A stretch of DNA of 64,000 bases from Bacilli bacterium (GCA_017959905.1 JAGCZS010000005.1:22676-86675), one strand, 5' to 3'; counted from the first letter of the stretch, positions 19,301 to 28,298 are shown. The notes: generated by a model from the letters alone, not told the origin. Numbers and translations: made by a program.

Positions 19301-20731
19301 ATGCGTAACTAAAATAGAATCGCCAATGAAATTTTTTATTTTTGACCAAACATCTTTAAAAATCTGTTTTTTGGCCAAAATTTCATTATTAATACGGGTT
19401 AAATTAACTATATATCCTTTTAAAATTGTTTCCGGGTTAATTAATATATCAATTCTATCTATTATAATGCCATTTTGAATTTTAACGGCCCCAAATTCGA
19501 TAATTCGATCATATTCTGAAGATAAACCAGTAGTTTCCAAATCTAAACAAACATAAGTGCTATCTTTTAACAAAATATTTGATGGATTAAAAATAAAATT
19601 AAATTTTTCATTAACAACATAAAATTCACATCCATACAAAACTTTAATATCTTCTTTTGCTGTTTTTTGAGCAAGCGGAAAAGCTTGAACTACACCATGA
19701 TCTGTAACGGCAATGGCTTTATAACCCATTTTTTTAGCGAAATTAATATAGTTATTTATATGAACTACACCGTCAGATTGTGACATTGTTGTATGCAAAT
19801 GCAATTCAACGCGCTTTTTTGGTGATTCGTCTTTACGATCAAAATCATCTAATAATTCTATTTTCTTAGCTTTAATATAAATTTCTTTATTTTTTTCTAG
19901 TGCTGCTTCGCCTAAAATTAATGCCCGCGTAAAAATTCTTGTTTCTTTATTTCGAAAATTTTTAATTATAATGTCAGCTACTTTTAAATCTTTATCATTT
20001 TCGATATATTTTTTAAATAAAATGGCACTTTTAAAATTTCCAACACCACACACAAGCTGCTTTTTGTCTTTTATAGTTAAAATATTAGCTTCGTAAATTT
20101 CGCCAATAATTTTTACATTTTCGCCATTTTTTATATTGCTAAAATTATCAATTTTTTTATACTTATTTATTAATTGTTGTTTATATTGAGCTAAATATTG
20201 CTCGGCAACATTTGATTTTTCATCCGCATTCAAATTCAAATAATCTTTCGAATTTATTTCTTTCAACGAAATTTTTATCTCTTGTTTAACAGAAATAAAA
20301 TTCATTACATCTTTCAAACTGTTTATTATAATCTGACTATTTTTTTCTTCTTCTTGATTTAAAAAAATAATTTCAATGAATTTTTCATCAACTTTTACTT
20401 CAAAATTAGAAACAATTTTAAAATTGTGCCAACAATACTCTAAAATAAAGTTTTTTATGTCATCAAAACTAGGATCGTGGTTATATAAAAAATGCATTTC
20501 GTATTCATAATTTTTTATTTTTTTTAATGATGTTATAAACAAATTAAAAAGGTCATATTTCCAAAAAAAATCCTTATGAAATTCAAAATACCATTTTAAA
20601 ACTTCATTTTCTTTTTTTTTATAAAGTTGTTCTATTTTTAAATCAAAATCAACAAAATTTAAACCTATTGATTCAAAAAATCGAATAGTTGTGCTATCGT
20701 CTATTATGCTGTTATTATCGTTTTTGCCCAT
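16352..20731 (-). CDS. polC: DNA polymerase III alpha subunit, PolC type (PHP, 3'-5' exonuclease and polymerase core)
   Basis: 1459 aa. PHP motif VELHLHTTMSQSDG, DnaQ-like exonuclease VCLDLETTGLS...HNAIFDISFL...HRADFDA, and polymerase core GSRGSVGSSLVAYLLDITEVNP...PDIDLNF. The start overlaps the dxr 3' end by 28 nt. Confidence 0.97.
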   Translation of the reverse strand: MGKNDNNSIIDDSTTIRFFESIGLNFVDFDLKIEQLYKKKENEVLKWYFEFHKDFFWKYDLFNLFITSLKKIKNYEYEMHFLYNHDPSFDDIKNFILEYCWHNFKIVSNFEVKVDEKFIEIIFLNQEEEKNSQIIINSLKDVMNFISVKQEIKISLKEINSKDYLNLNADEKSNVAEQYLAQYKQQLINKYKKIDNFSNIKNGENVKIIGEIYEANILTIKDKKQLVCGVGNFKSAILFKKYIENDKDLKVADIIIKNFRNKETRIFTRALILGEAALEKNKEIYIKAKKIELLDDFDRKDESPKKRVELHLHTTMSQSDGVVHINNYINFAKKMGYKAIAVTDHGVVQAFPLAQKTAKEDIKVLYGCEFYVVNEKFNFIFNPSNILLKDSTYVCLDLETTGLSSEYDRIIEFGAVKIQNGIIIDRIDILINPETILKGYIVNLTRINNEILAKKQIFKDVWSKIKNFIGDSILVTHNAIFDISFLNHELKMIGLPNISNPIIDTLTISRYLFSDAKLHNLEALSNRLKIDIYDIKKAHRADFDAEILGHIWCELLNKIFSEFNNNVIHSDLANLKISETMIKNAPSDHMIVLAKNSQGLKDLFFLISLSHLKYASDIPKIPFNEIQKLRKNFLIGSACFNGEIFNTAYLYGEDILKKKMEFYDYIEVQPISCYKPLLTKCKFLKANKDGKRKAQFAPVFYSEEDIKKILLKIIRVADECNKMVCATGDVHYINAEEKIFREVYIATDGIGHRPHPLCTNPRGVIENHVYTTSGDQFFLTTDEMLEAFNFLDKEKAFEIVVENTNKIADMCEKIYPIKNKLYVPHIKNADENLKKIVYEKANKMYKYNGQIPDKILKRLEMEISRIIGSKNSYAVNFLLAKEVVNQANRDGYFVGSRGSVGSSLVAYLLDITEVNPLSPHYYCKKCNKIEWYNGGEYLSGIDLPEKKCDCGNYMSHNGQNIPFETFLGINEQNTKVPDIDLNFANTYQMKAHNFLKEKFGNKHVFRAGTINTYKDKMAFNCVKDFLVRSKHLEINNVSKNFKNYLASRCVGIKKTTGQHPGGIILIPKEFEVYDFTPIQYPADNINANWEITHFEFSTIHDTVLKLDLLGHVDPLALKMMGELSGVDFINIPLNDKRVLSLFTTCKELHLKKNILNVQTGTAGLPEFGTDFVQKVLKVAKPKTFNDLVIISGITHGTDVWNNNAESLLKDNKATLSEIIGCRDDIMIFLIKQGLTNEISFQIMEDIRKGKGLQKEQAKIMREYKVPDFYIDSCNKIKYLFPRAHAVAYVTQAVRVGYFKIYYPLVFYAVYFSLRSEQYDIDSMINGIEKIKSKIKELENKRKNKDITVKELSIIDTLKMACEMYERGYKFENIDINKSQSKNFIINGNSLIPPFIVIDSLGDTISENIIEVRKIKKFTSIKDFEERTKVIKKHIQKLKDVGAFKNVVNDDNISKQLEIF

Positions 20732-21861
20732 GTTCTAACTATTTTATCCACTTTATTTAAATTGCTTAAATTTAAATTTAATTTTGCCATATCCTTAAAT
20801 TTAATTAATGATAAACAAACAATTTTTTCGATATCCAAAAATTTTATTTTTTTTTGTAAAAATGCCTGTACAGCTATTTCGTTTGCTGCATTAACGACAC
20901 ATAACATTGCCCCACCTAATTTAAAAGCTTTTAAAACATATTGCACCATTGGAAATCTATTTTTATTAAACTTATAAAAATGAAATTTACCTAATTTTTC
21001 TATTTTATCTACTTTTTTAATAGTGACATTCGTTTTTAAGCCTAATGCATAACCAATTGGATTTAACATTGTTGGTTTATTGACTTCTCCAAAAAACAAC
21101 CCATCTTTTATTTCGATAATAGCATGCACAAACGACTCTTCGTGCATCAAAATTTCTATTTTTTCAACACAAAAATCAAATAAATAGTATGCTTCAATAA
21201 CTTCAAAACCTTTATTAATCATTGTGGCTGAATCAATTGTAATTTTTGGCCCCATATTCCATGTAGGATGTTTTAACGCTTGTTCAACAGAAACGTTTTT
21301 TAATTGGTTACGGGATAAATGTTTAAACGCGCCACCTGACGCAGTAATAATTATTTTTTTAACATCGCTTATTTTTGTTTTTTTTAAACATTTAAAAATA
21401 GCTGAATGTTCACTATCGACAGGATAAATAATACTTTTTGAATTTTTAAGTTTCTTTTTTATTAAAGAACCGCCAACAACTAATGATTCTTTATTGGCTA
21501 AGATTATTATAATGTTTTTTGATATGGCTGTTAATGTCGGCATTAATCCAACAAAACCTGATAACGCATTAAAAAATACATCCGGATTAGAATCGATTAT
21601 TATTGTTTTTAAACCTTTATAACCATAATAAAAATTAATGTTTTTATATTTATTTTGCAGATAATTAATATATTTTTTACTTCTTACACAAATAAATTTT
21701 ATACTTTCAAATCGGCTCACTATATTATCAATTATCGCTATCGGATTATATTCGCCGACAGAAATAGCCACTAAACAATAAATTTGTTTATTTTTCGCCA
21801 AAACACTCAAAACTTGTGTTCCAACGTTACCAGAAGCGCCCAATAAAATTATTCTCTTCAT
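20704..21861 (-). CDS. dxr: 1-deoxy-D-xylulose-5-phosphate reductoisomerase
   Basis: ILLGASGNVGTQ (NADPH fold), PVDSEHSAIFKCL, HPTWNMGPKITIDSATMINKG. ATGA overlap with the hydA stop. Confidence 0.93.
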   Translation of the reverse strand: MKRIILLGASGNVGTQVLSVLAKNKQIYCLVAISVGEYNPIAIIDNIVSRFESIKFICVRSKKYINYLQNKYKNINFYYGYKGLKTIIIDSNPDVFFNALSGFVGLMPTLTAISKNIIIILANKESLVVGGSLIKKKLKNSKSIIYPVDSEHSAIFKCLKKTKISDVKKIIITASGGAFKHLSRNQLKNVSVEQALKHPTWNMGPKITIDSATMINKGFEVIEAYYLFDFCVEKIEILMHEESFVHAIIEIKDGLFFGEVNKPTMLNPIGYALGLKTNVTIKKVDKIEKLGKFHFYKFNKNRFPMVQYVLKAFKLGGAMLCVVNAANEIAVQAFLQKKIKFLDIEKIVCLSLIKFKDMAKLNLNLSNLNKVDKIVRTWAKTIITA

Positions 21862-23627
21862 TGAGAAAATTTATCTTTTTTACTGTAAGTTGTATGCAAT
21901 AATTTATGGCTTAATTCGCTGCACGGTTTAATTAAAAAATCATTATATAATTTTTTAATATCTTCATTGTTATGTGATTGCCTAATTTTTTTCTTTTCAT
22001 CAACGTTATATAAAATAGATGACCTTTTTTCGATATAAGTATTTCGAACGTTTTTATCTAAAAAAAAGCACTCTTTAACATAAGGTTGTCCGCCTCCGTT
22101 AATACATCCACCAGGACAAGCCATTATTTCTATAAAAGTGTATGGAGATTTTTTATTTCGAACATCTTGTAATAGTGGGACAGCATTTTTTATCCCTGAA
22201 ACAACTGCAACTTTAATATCTTTTTCGCCAATATTTATTGTTGCCTCTCTAACACATTGTAAACCTCTTACATCTTTAAAAAACAATATATCAGCTTCTT
22301 TTTTAACTAATTTAAAATATGCCGTTCTTAAAGCTGCTTCCATAACTCCACCGCTAACGCCAAAAATAGCTCCAGCTCCGCTATATTCGCCAATTAAATC
22401 ATTATCAGGTTCACCATCAGGTAATAAGCTCCAATTAATTCCGGCTCTTTTAATCATGAAAATTATTTCTCGTGTTGTTAAAACAGCATCAACATCGACA
22501 AAATCAGCTGTTTTATTTTCTTTTCTTTTAATCTCATCTTTTTTTGCGGTACATGGCATTACAGAAACAACAAATATATCGTCGGGCATTAAATTATGTT
22601 TTTGAGCGAAATAGCTTTTAATTATGGCTCCTTCCATTTGATGTGGGGATTTACAAGATGATATATTTGGAATTAAATCAGCATAAAAACGCTCCATGTA
22701 ATTTATCCAAGCCGGACAGCAAGATGTAATTTGCGGTAAAACCTTTTTGTTTTTTATTCTTTCTACTAATTCTTCAGCCTCTTCTGTTATAGTCAGATCG
22801 GCACCAAAATTAGTGTCAAAAACACGATAAAAACCTAATTTTTTTAACGCCGAAAACATTTTTCCTGCGCCTAAAACACCTATTTTTTGTTCGAAAGCTT
22901 CTGCGATCGCAGCCCTTATAGCTGGCGCAACTTGTACAATTACTTTTTTTTTCTTTTCAAACGCTTCATCGACTAATTTAATACTGCTATTTTCCATCAA
23001 TGCGCCAGTAGGACAAGCCAACACACATTGGCCACAGAAAATACAACCACTATCTTTTAACAAATCTTTCGTTGGCGACACAACATTCTCGAAAGCCTTA
23101 TTTTTAAAAGATAAAACACCTATTCCTTGCTGCTTATTACAAACTTCCACGCAGCGGCCGCACAAAACACATTTCGAACTATCTCTAGTAATTCCGTTTG
23201 AAATATCTATAACCCTATCTTGCGTTTTACCTGAAAACTTATTTTCATCAGCCCCAACTATTTTTGCAACATTGAGTAATTCACAATTTCCATTTTTTGG
23301 ACATTGCTGACACTCTTTACTATGATTGCTTAAAAGAAGCTCAACGCTTGTTTTTCTAGCTCTTAAAACTAACGGAGACAAAAGATCAATATCGATTCCA
23401 TCAAATATCGTAGTCGAACAGCTAGAAACTAATCGAGTATTATTTCCTTCTTTTATTCCGACTAAACAAACTCGACAACTGCCAACGGCACAATAATCAT
23501 GATCCCAATGACATAATATTGGTATATCGTAACCACATATTCTAGAAGCTTCTAAAATTGTTAAATTTTTTTCTACTTCATATGGAATGCCATTAATTTT
23601 AATATTTACAGTATCTTTCATACTCAT
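21858..23627 (-). CDS. hydA: [FeFe]-hydrogenase catalytic subunit, CpI-like (M3) architecture
   Basis: H-cluster motifs TSCCPAW, MPCTAKKDE and EIMACPGGCINGGGQP. The N-terminus has a 2Fe-2S ferredoxin-like Cys pattern, the His-ligated cluster HSKECQQCPKNGNC, and two 4Fe-4S motifs CVLCGRCVEVC and CIFCGQCVLACP. Confidence 0.93.
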   Translation of the reverse strand: MSMKDTVNIKINGIPYEVEKNLTILEASRICGYDIPILCHWDHDYCAVGSCRVCLVGIKEGNNTRLVSSCSTTIFDGIDIDLLSPLVLRARKTSVELLLSNHSKECQQCPKNGNCELLNVAKIVGADENKFSGKTQDRVIDISNGITRDSSKCVLCGRCVEVCNKQQGIGVLSFKNKAFENVVSPTKDLLKDSGCIFCGQCVLACPTGALMENSSIKLVDEAFEKKKKVIVQVAPAIRAAIAEAFEQKIGVLGAGKMFSALKKLGFYRVFDTNFGADLTITEEAEELVERIKNKKVLPQITSCCPAWINYMERFYADLIPNISSCKSPHQMEGAIIKSYFAQKHNLMPDDIFVVSVMPCTAKKDEIKRKENKTADFVDVDAVLTTREIIFMIKRAGINWSLLPDGEPDNDLIGEYSGAGAIFGVSGGVMEAALRTAYFKLVKKEADILFFKDVRGLQCVREATINIGEKDIKVAVVSGIKNAVPLLQDVRNKKSPYTFIEIMACPGGCINGGGQPYVKECFFLDKNVRNTYIEKRSSILYNVDEKKKIRQSHNNEDIKKLYNDFLIKPCSELSHKLLHTTYSKKDKFSQ

Positions 23628-23629
23628 AC

Positions 23630-24163
23630 CTATTTTTTTACGTTTACAGCACCAAATTTACACACGGAAAAACATGTCCAACATTTAATGCACTTATTTT
23701 GGTTAATTTGAAACGGCTCTAATCTTATAACACCTGAAATAGCTCCGGCAGGACAATGTCTTGAACACATTGAACATTTTTTACATTTATTGGCATCAAT
23801 AAAAAATTCAACTGATTTTCCAATTGTACCTGTTACAGCACGTTCTTTAAATTCAGAATAAAAATTATTAATCGCTGTTAGAACAGTATTATCAAATTCT
23901 TTTTTTTGAAAAATACCATCAATAATTAATAAAAGCACGTTCGCGGCGTTCTTCCCAAAATCGCATAACGCCCCTAATTTAATAGTGTTTCCCAATTCTA
24001 ATGCTGTTTTCTGTTCGATATCTTCGTTACCGTTTATAACGTTATTTAAAATTTCTGATAAACGTTTAACGCCAATTCGACATAATGTGCATTTACCACA
24101 ATTTTCATTTGCAACAAAATCAATAAACGCTTTTACTTCTTTAATATTATCGATTGTGTTCAC
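23630..24163 (-). CDS. Small Fe-S protein: NuoF/HydB C-terminal 4Fe-4S module fused to a 2x[4Fe-4S] ferredoxin domain, with no flavin/NAD(H) domain
   Basis: 177 aa with a GTG start and GGAGA SD. ENCGKCTLCRIG...LCDFGKNAANVL resembles the NuoF-type ESCGKCxPCREG...LCxLGQxAxxP module. Two ferredoxin motifs follow: CKKCSMCSRHCP and CIKCWTCFSVC. An in-frame TAA lies 4 codons upstream of the start. Confidence 0.75.
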   Translation of the reverse strand: MNTIDNIKEVKAFIDFVANENCGKCTLCRIGVKRLSEILNNVINGNEDIEQKTALELGNTIKLGALCDFGKNAANVLLLIIDGIFQKKEFDNTVLTAINNFYSEFKERAVTGTIGKSVEFFIDANKCKKCSMCSRHCPAGAISGVIRLEPFQINQNKCIKCWTCFSVCKFGAVNVKK

Positions 24164-24577
24164 AAATTCTCCAATTTAAATACTTAAATGTTTATTTTTT
24201 TATAGTATAAATCACAAAATTTGACATTTAAAGATTTTTGACATAATCACAATTATTTGCATTTTATTTTCATTGATGATGTCATAATAAAATTCTATTA
24301 TTTTCGTTGTCAATTTTAATTTAATTTTATCATATTTTTATTGTGTTTAACGTTTACCACATACCTCTCTAATTTTGTTTTATTAATTAATACACATAAT
24401 ATAACTAACAATTTTACCATTAAAAAAAATTCTAACTTCTACCAAATTTAACTACAACTTTATTGCTTATTATAATAATTTTGAAAGTAAAAGATAAAGC
24501 TTATTTTAATTTTATTAAAAATTGAGCTAATTAAACAAAAAATTTTGTTTTATCCTTATTTTTTATTTTTTTAATTT

Positions 24578-24622
24578 GCTTTATTGTTTTATTTTTTTGC
24601 TTGTTTTAAAACAAAATAAAGC
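24578..24622. repeat. Imperfect 14-bp inverted repeat (AT-rich hairpin) in the hyd/mgtE divergent spacer
   Basis: GCTTTATTGTTTTA (24578-24591) pairs with TAAAACAAAATAAAGC (24607-24622), leaving a 2-nt bulge and a 15-nt loop. Confidence 0.5.
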
Positions 24623-24651
24623 ATAAGGAATTTTTAGCTAAGCGAATTAAT

Positions 24652-24680
24652 TAGGCAAATTGGTTTTATATTGTTATAAT
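24652..24680 (+). promoter_or_regulatory. Candidate promoter for mgtE (TAGGCA-N17-TATAAT with TG extension: TGTTATAAT)
   Basis: Extended -10 TGTTATAAT at 24672-24680 and a -35-like TAGGCA at 24652-24657 with a 17-nt spacer. The ATG is at 24701, which implies a very short leader. Motif only. Confidence 0.4.
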
Positions 24681-24700
24681 TCTATAATTCGGTAAGAAAA

Positions 24701-26107
24701 ATGGCATTTATAGATATAAACAACGAAAATAGCGAAAAAATACAAAAAACATTTTTTTTGTCTTTGAAAAAAAAAGATAAAAACCAATTAAAAAAAATAT
24801 TTCAACAAAATCCAATTATGGATATTGCCGAAATAGCTAGCAATTATGACGAAAAACAAAATTTAATATTTATATTTCAAAGCATCGATAACGACTTATG
24901 CAGCGAATTTTTCGCAAAATTAGACGAAAAAACTCAAGAATTTTTAGTAACCATTTTAAAAGATGACGAAATTAAAAAAATAATTACCAGCATTTATTCT
25001 GATGATCTTGTAAATATCATAAAAAATTTACCAACAAATCTACAAAAAAAAATATTAAAAAATTATCCGAAAGAAAAAAAAGAAAATATTAAAACATTAT
25101 TAAATTACAAAGAAGACACAGCAGCTTCGTTAATAACGACTGAATATATTGAATTATCGGAAAATATAACAGCCTATGAAGCATTAAAACAAATTCGTGA
25201 AATTGGGCAAAATGTTGCGACAATATACACTATTTTTTTAAAAAATAATGATGGCGATATTACCGGTTTATGTGAATTAAATAAAATATTGTTTGCCGAA
25301 AACGAAGAAACTTTAACTTCTATTAAAGACAATATTTTTGTGTATGTCACTGCCGAGACTGACCAAGAAGAAGTAGCTAAAAAAATGAAAAAATATAATT
25401 TAAATGTCATACCTGTCATAAATGAAAAAAAATTAATCGGCATAATTACAATTGACGATATTATTGATATTATTGAAGAAGAAACCACTGAAGACATAGA
25501 ATTGCAAGCTGGAGTTATACCATTAAAAGATAATTTTTATGATATACCTTCACTTAAAATGGCTCTTAATTATTCTCCTTGGTTAATCGGATTAATGATC
25601 ACAAATATTTTTACCTCAATGCTATTATCAAGATATGAAGACAAACTTACAAGTTTTATTTTTTTAACAGCGTTTATTCCTGTTATTTTAGATACTTGCG
25701 GAAATGCTGGTGGCCAAACTTGTTCTGTTATAATAAGGGCTTTAGCTATAGACGATACCTTAATAAGCAAAAAATTCCTATCTTTTTTTATAAAAGAATT
25801 TAAAACCTCTTTTTTAACTGCTTTTTTTGTAAGCAGTATTTCTCTCTTCATTTTTATGCTAGAAATTTACTTTGGTTTAATAAGAATTTCTAATGATATT
25901 AATTTATTTTTTGTAGCTTTGATAATAAGTGGAACATTATTTTTCTCATTGCTAATTGCTAAAATGCTCGGTTTTCTAATACCAATATTAGCAAAAAAAT
26001 TAAAAAAAGATCCAGCTCTTATGAGCGAGCCGATAATTACAACAATTGCAGACTTTGTTGGAATACTAATTTATTTTGGTATCGCTTCAATATTTTTAAA
26101 ATTTTAA
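24701..26107 (+). CDS. mgtE: Magnesium transporter MgtE
   Basis: N-domain, CBS pair (...VIPVINEKKLIGIITIDDIIDIIEEE) and a 5-TM domain with the conserved DTCGNAGGQT motif. Confidence 0.92.
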   Translation: MAFIDINNENSEKIQKTFFLSLKKKDKNQLKKIFQQNPIMDIAEIASNYDEKQNLIFIFQSIDNDLCSEFFAKLDEKTQEFLVTILKDDEIKKIITSIYSDDLVNIIKNLPTNLQKKILKNYPKEKKENIKTLLNYKEDTAASLITTEYIELSENITAYEALKQIREIGQNVATIYTIFLKNNDGDITGLCELNKILFAENEETLTSIKDNIFVYVTAETDQEEVAKKMKKYNLNVIPVINEKKLIGIITIDDIIDIIEEETTEDIELQAGVIPLKDNFYDIPSLKMALNYSPWLIGLMITNIFTSMLLSRYEDKLTSFIFLTAFIPVILDTCGNAGGQTCSVIIRALAIDDTLISKKFLSFFIKEFKTSFLTAFFVSSISLFIFMLEIYFGLIRISNDINLFFVALIISGTLFFSLLIAKMLGFLIPILAKKLKKDPALMSEPIITTIADFVGILIYFGIASIFLKF

Positions 26108-26114
26108 TATATTA

Positions 26115-26504
26115 TTAATTTGCGAATTTAACCACAATTTGTTTAGCTCCATCGCCTTTTCTATTGATATATCTAAAATGTTTAACATATCCACCATTTC
26201 TTTCTTTAAAGCGCGGAACTATTGTGTGAAATAACTTGTTTATAGCCTTAGTGCCATCTTCACCTTTTTCGCTTCTTAAAAAAGCATGAACCAAACGATA
26301 TTTATTATTTTTGGCATAGGTAATTATTCTGTCTACATTCTTTTTAAATTTTCTTAAAACGCCAGAGGTTATAATCATTTTTTCGTGCAAAATAAATTCA
26401 GTCACAATATTTCTTTGCATAGCTTCTTTTCGAGCTTTATTATATCTGGCTTTAAATCTTACGCCACCCTTTCCACGAACGTTTTTTCTTCCAAAGACTT
26501 TCAT
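26115..26504 (-). CDS. rplQ: 50S ribosomal protein L17
   Basis: ERNGGYVKHFRYINRKGDGA matches the L17 C-terminal signature. It follows rpoA as in the alpha operon, with a basic N-terminal extension of about 10 aa. Confidence 0.9.
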   Translation of the reverse strand: MKVFGRKNVRGKGGVRFKARYNKARKEAMQRNIVTEFILHEKMIITSGVLRKFKKNVDRIITYAKNNKYRLVHAFLRSEKGEDGTKAINKLFHTIVPRFKERNGGYVKHFRYINRKGDGAKQIVVKFAN

Positions 26505-27520
26505 TATTCTTTCCCTTTCGTTTTTCTGGTTCTCTTTTTAGTTGTTGTTTCTTCAAATTGTTGTTCACGAAGAAAAATGTTTTTTTTCTTTAACTTTTCT
26601 AATATTTCCGCTGCTGATTTTTTTCCTAAATTATGGATTTTTTTCAATTCTAAAGGTGTTTTTTTTATTAAATCTTCCAATGTTTCTATGCCTGCTCTTT
26701 TTAATGCGTTCGTCGATCTAACACTCAAATCGAGATCTAAAATAGTTGTTGCATCAGCTTCTTCGTGTTTTACATCATCAATTTTAATATCTTTTTTAAA
26801 TGTTATTTTTTGTAATTCTTTTTCAATATTAGCAAATTTATTTAAATGAGCAATGAGAATGTTTGCGGCATTCGCTATTGCTTGTTGCGGCGTAAACAAA
26901 CCGTTAGTTTTAACTTCGAAAATCAGTTTTTCAAAAATATCATTTTTATCATAAATATTTTCGACTTTATAATTAGCGTTCAATATCGAAGAATAATTAC
27001 TATCGACATATATAATGCCTTGATCACGTCCAAAAACTTTATTTTCTATTTGGTTAATTTCGGCTGTTGCGTAACCAGTACCAATTCTAATATATATAAA
27101 CATTTCAAGATTACCAGAATCTGTCAAATTAGCTATTTCCATATTTGGATTAACAATGTCAACATTAGATGGCAACTCAATGTCGCTAGCCAACACTTTC
27201 CCAGAACCTTTTTTATTTATTTTTAATTTAATAAACCCACCAAAATCAGTTTTACTTCTAAAAATAACTTTTCTTAAATTAAAAATTATTTGTGTAACAT
27301 CTTCGACAATACCAGATATCGTACTAAATTCATGAACAACATCTTTTATTTCGACAGCAAAAACAGCTACGCCTGGTAAAGAATTTAATAATATTCTTCT
27401 TAATGCGTTGCCGATCGTTATTCCAAAATTTTTCGATAACGGCAAAACAGAAAATTTGCAATAATTCTGATCTTTATCAGAAAGTTCGATATTAAAATCT
27501 AAATCTTTAAATAAAATCAT
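26504..27520 (-). CDS. rpoA: DNA-directed RNA polymerase alpha subunit
   Basis: NTD (...GNALRRILLNSLPGVAVFAVEI...) and CTD helix-hairpin-helix (LDLSVRSTNALKRAGIETLEDL). Confidence 0.95.
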   Translation of the reverse strand: MILFKDLDFNIELSDKDQNYCKFSVLPLSKNFGITIGNALRRILLNSLPGVAVFAVEIKDVVHEFSTISGIVEDVTQIIFNLRKVIFRSKTDFGGFIKLKINKKGSGKVLASDIELPSNVDIVNPNMEIANLTDSGNLEMFIYIRIGTGYATAEINQIENKVFGRDQGIIYVDSNYSSILNANYKVENIYDKNDIFEKLIFEVKTNGLFTPQQAIANAANILIAHLNKFANIEKELQKITFKKDIKIDDVKHEEADATTILDLDLSVRSTNALKRAGIETLEDLIKKTPLELKKIHNLGKKSAAEILEKLKKKNIFLREQQFEETTTKKRTRKTKGKE

Positions 27521-27534
27521 TTTTTTCTCCTTGT

Positions 27535-27897
27535 TTACCCTCTAGTTCGTTTTTTTGGTCTACACCCATTGTGTGCTATAGGTGTTGCGTCTTCGATTGA
27601 TGTTATTTTTAATCCAGCTGCGTTTATAGCTCTAATAGCTGATTCTCTACCGCTACCAGTTCCTTGAACAATAACGTCAACAGTTTTAATACCTAATTTT
27701 TGTGCTTGTGATGCAGCTTCCATGCTAGCTTCTTGTGCGGCAAACGGAGTACTTCTTTTTGCGCCTTTAAAGCCCAACATTCTAGGGCTTTTTGTAATAA
27801 AAACATTTCCGTTTTTATCTGTAATAGTAATAATAGTATTATTAAAAGATGCTGTTATATATATTTTTGCTTCCGTAAAATTTATTTTTTTTGCCAT
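27535..27897 (-). CDS. rpsK: 30S ribosomal protein S11
   Basis: ...GFKGAKRSTPFAAQ..., VQGTGSGRESAIRAINAAGLKI, HNGCRPKKRTR. Confidence 0.96.
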   Translation of the reverse strand: MAKKINFTEAKIYITASFNNTIITITDKNGNVFITKSPRMLGFKGAKRSTPFAAQEASMEAASQAQKLGIKTVDVIVQGTGSGRESAIRAINAAGLKITSIEDATPIAHNGCRPKKRTRG

Positions 27898-27913
27898 AAA
27901 CTATCCTATTTAA

Positions 27914-28294
27914 TTATGTTTTTTGCGTAGCTTTTTTCTTATTAGCCATCGTTTTACGTGGCCCTTTTCTTGTGCGAGCGTTGGATTTAGTTCTTTGCCC
28001 ATGAACAGGAAGATGTTTTTTATGACGAATGCCTCGATAACAATTAATTTCTTTCAAAATACTAATATTTTTCGATATTTGTTGTCTTAAATCGCCTTCA
28101 ATAGTAAACTTAACAATTTCATTTCTCAAAGAATTTAATTCGGCATCTGTTAAATCCTGCATTTTTCTATTAATATCTATTTCTGTTTTTTTACATATTT
28201 TCTTAGCTAGAGATTGCCCTATACCATAAATACGTGTTAAAGAAATAAAAACAGCTTTTTTGTCTTGAACGTCTACACCTAAAATACGAGCCAT
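27914..28294 (-). CDS. rpsM: 30S ribosomal protein S13
   Basis: MARILGVD..., YRGIRHKKHLPVHGQRTKSNARTRKG. Confidence 0.96.
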   Translation of the reverse strand: MARILGVDVQDKKAVFISLTRIYGIGQSLAKKICKKTEIDINRKMQDLTDAELNSLRNEIVKFTIEGDLRQQISKNISILKEINCYRGIRHKKHLPVHGQRTKSNARTRKGPRKTMANKKKATQKT

Positions 28295-28298
28295 AATT

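Noticed and set aside
24164-24700. M-box (ykoK-type) Mg2+ riboswitch upstream of mgtE
   Set aside because: I could not find the conserved GC-containing core segments. The only TTAGG-like start (24651) is 50 nt from the ATG, far too close for an element of about 160 nt, and the region is almost pure A/T. An Infernal scan is needed to be certain.
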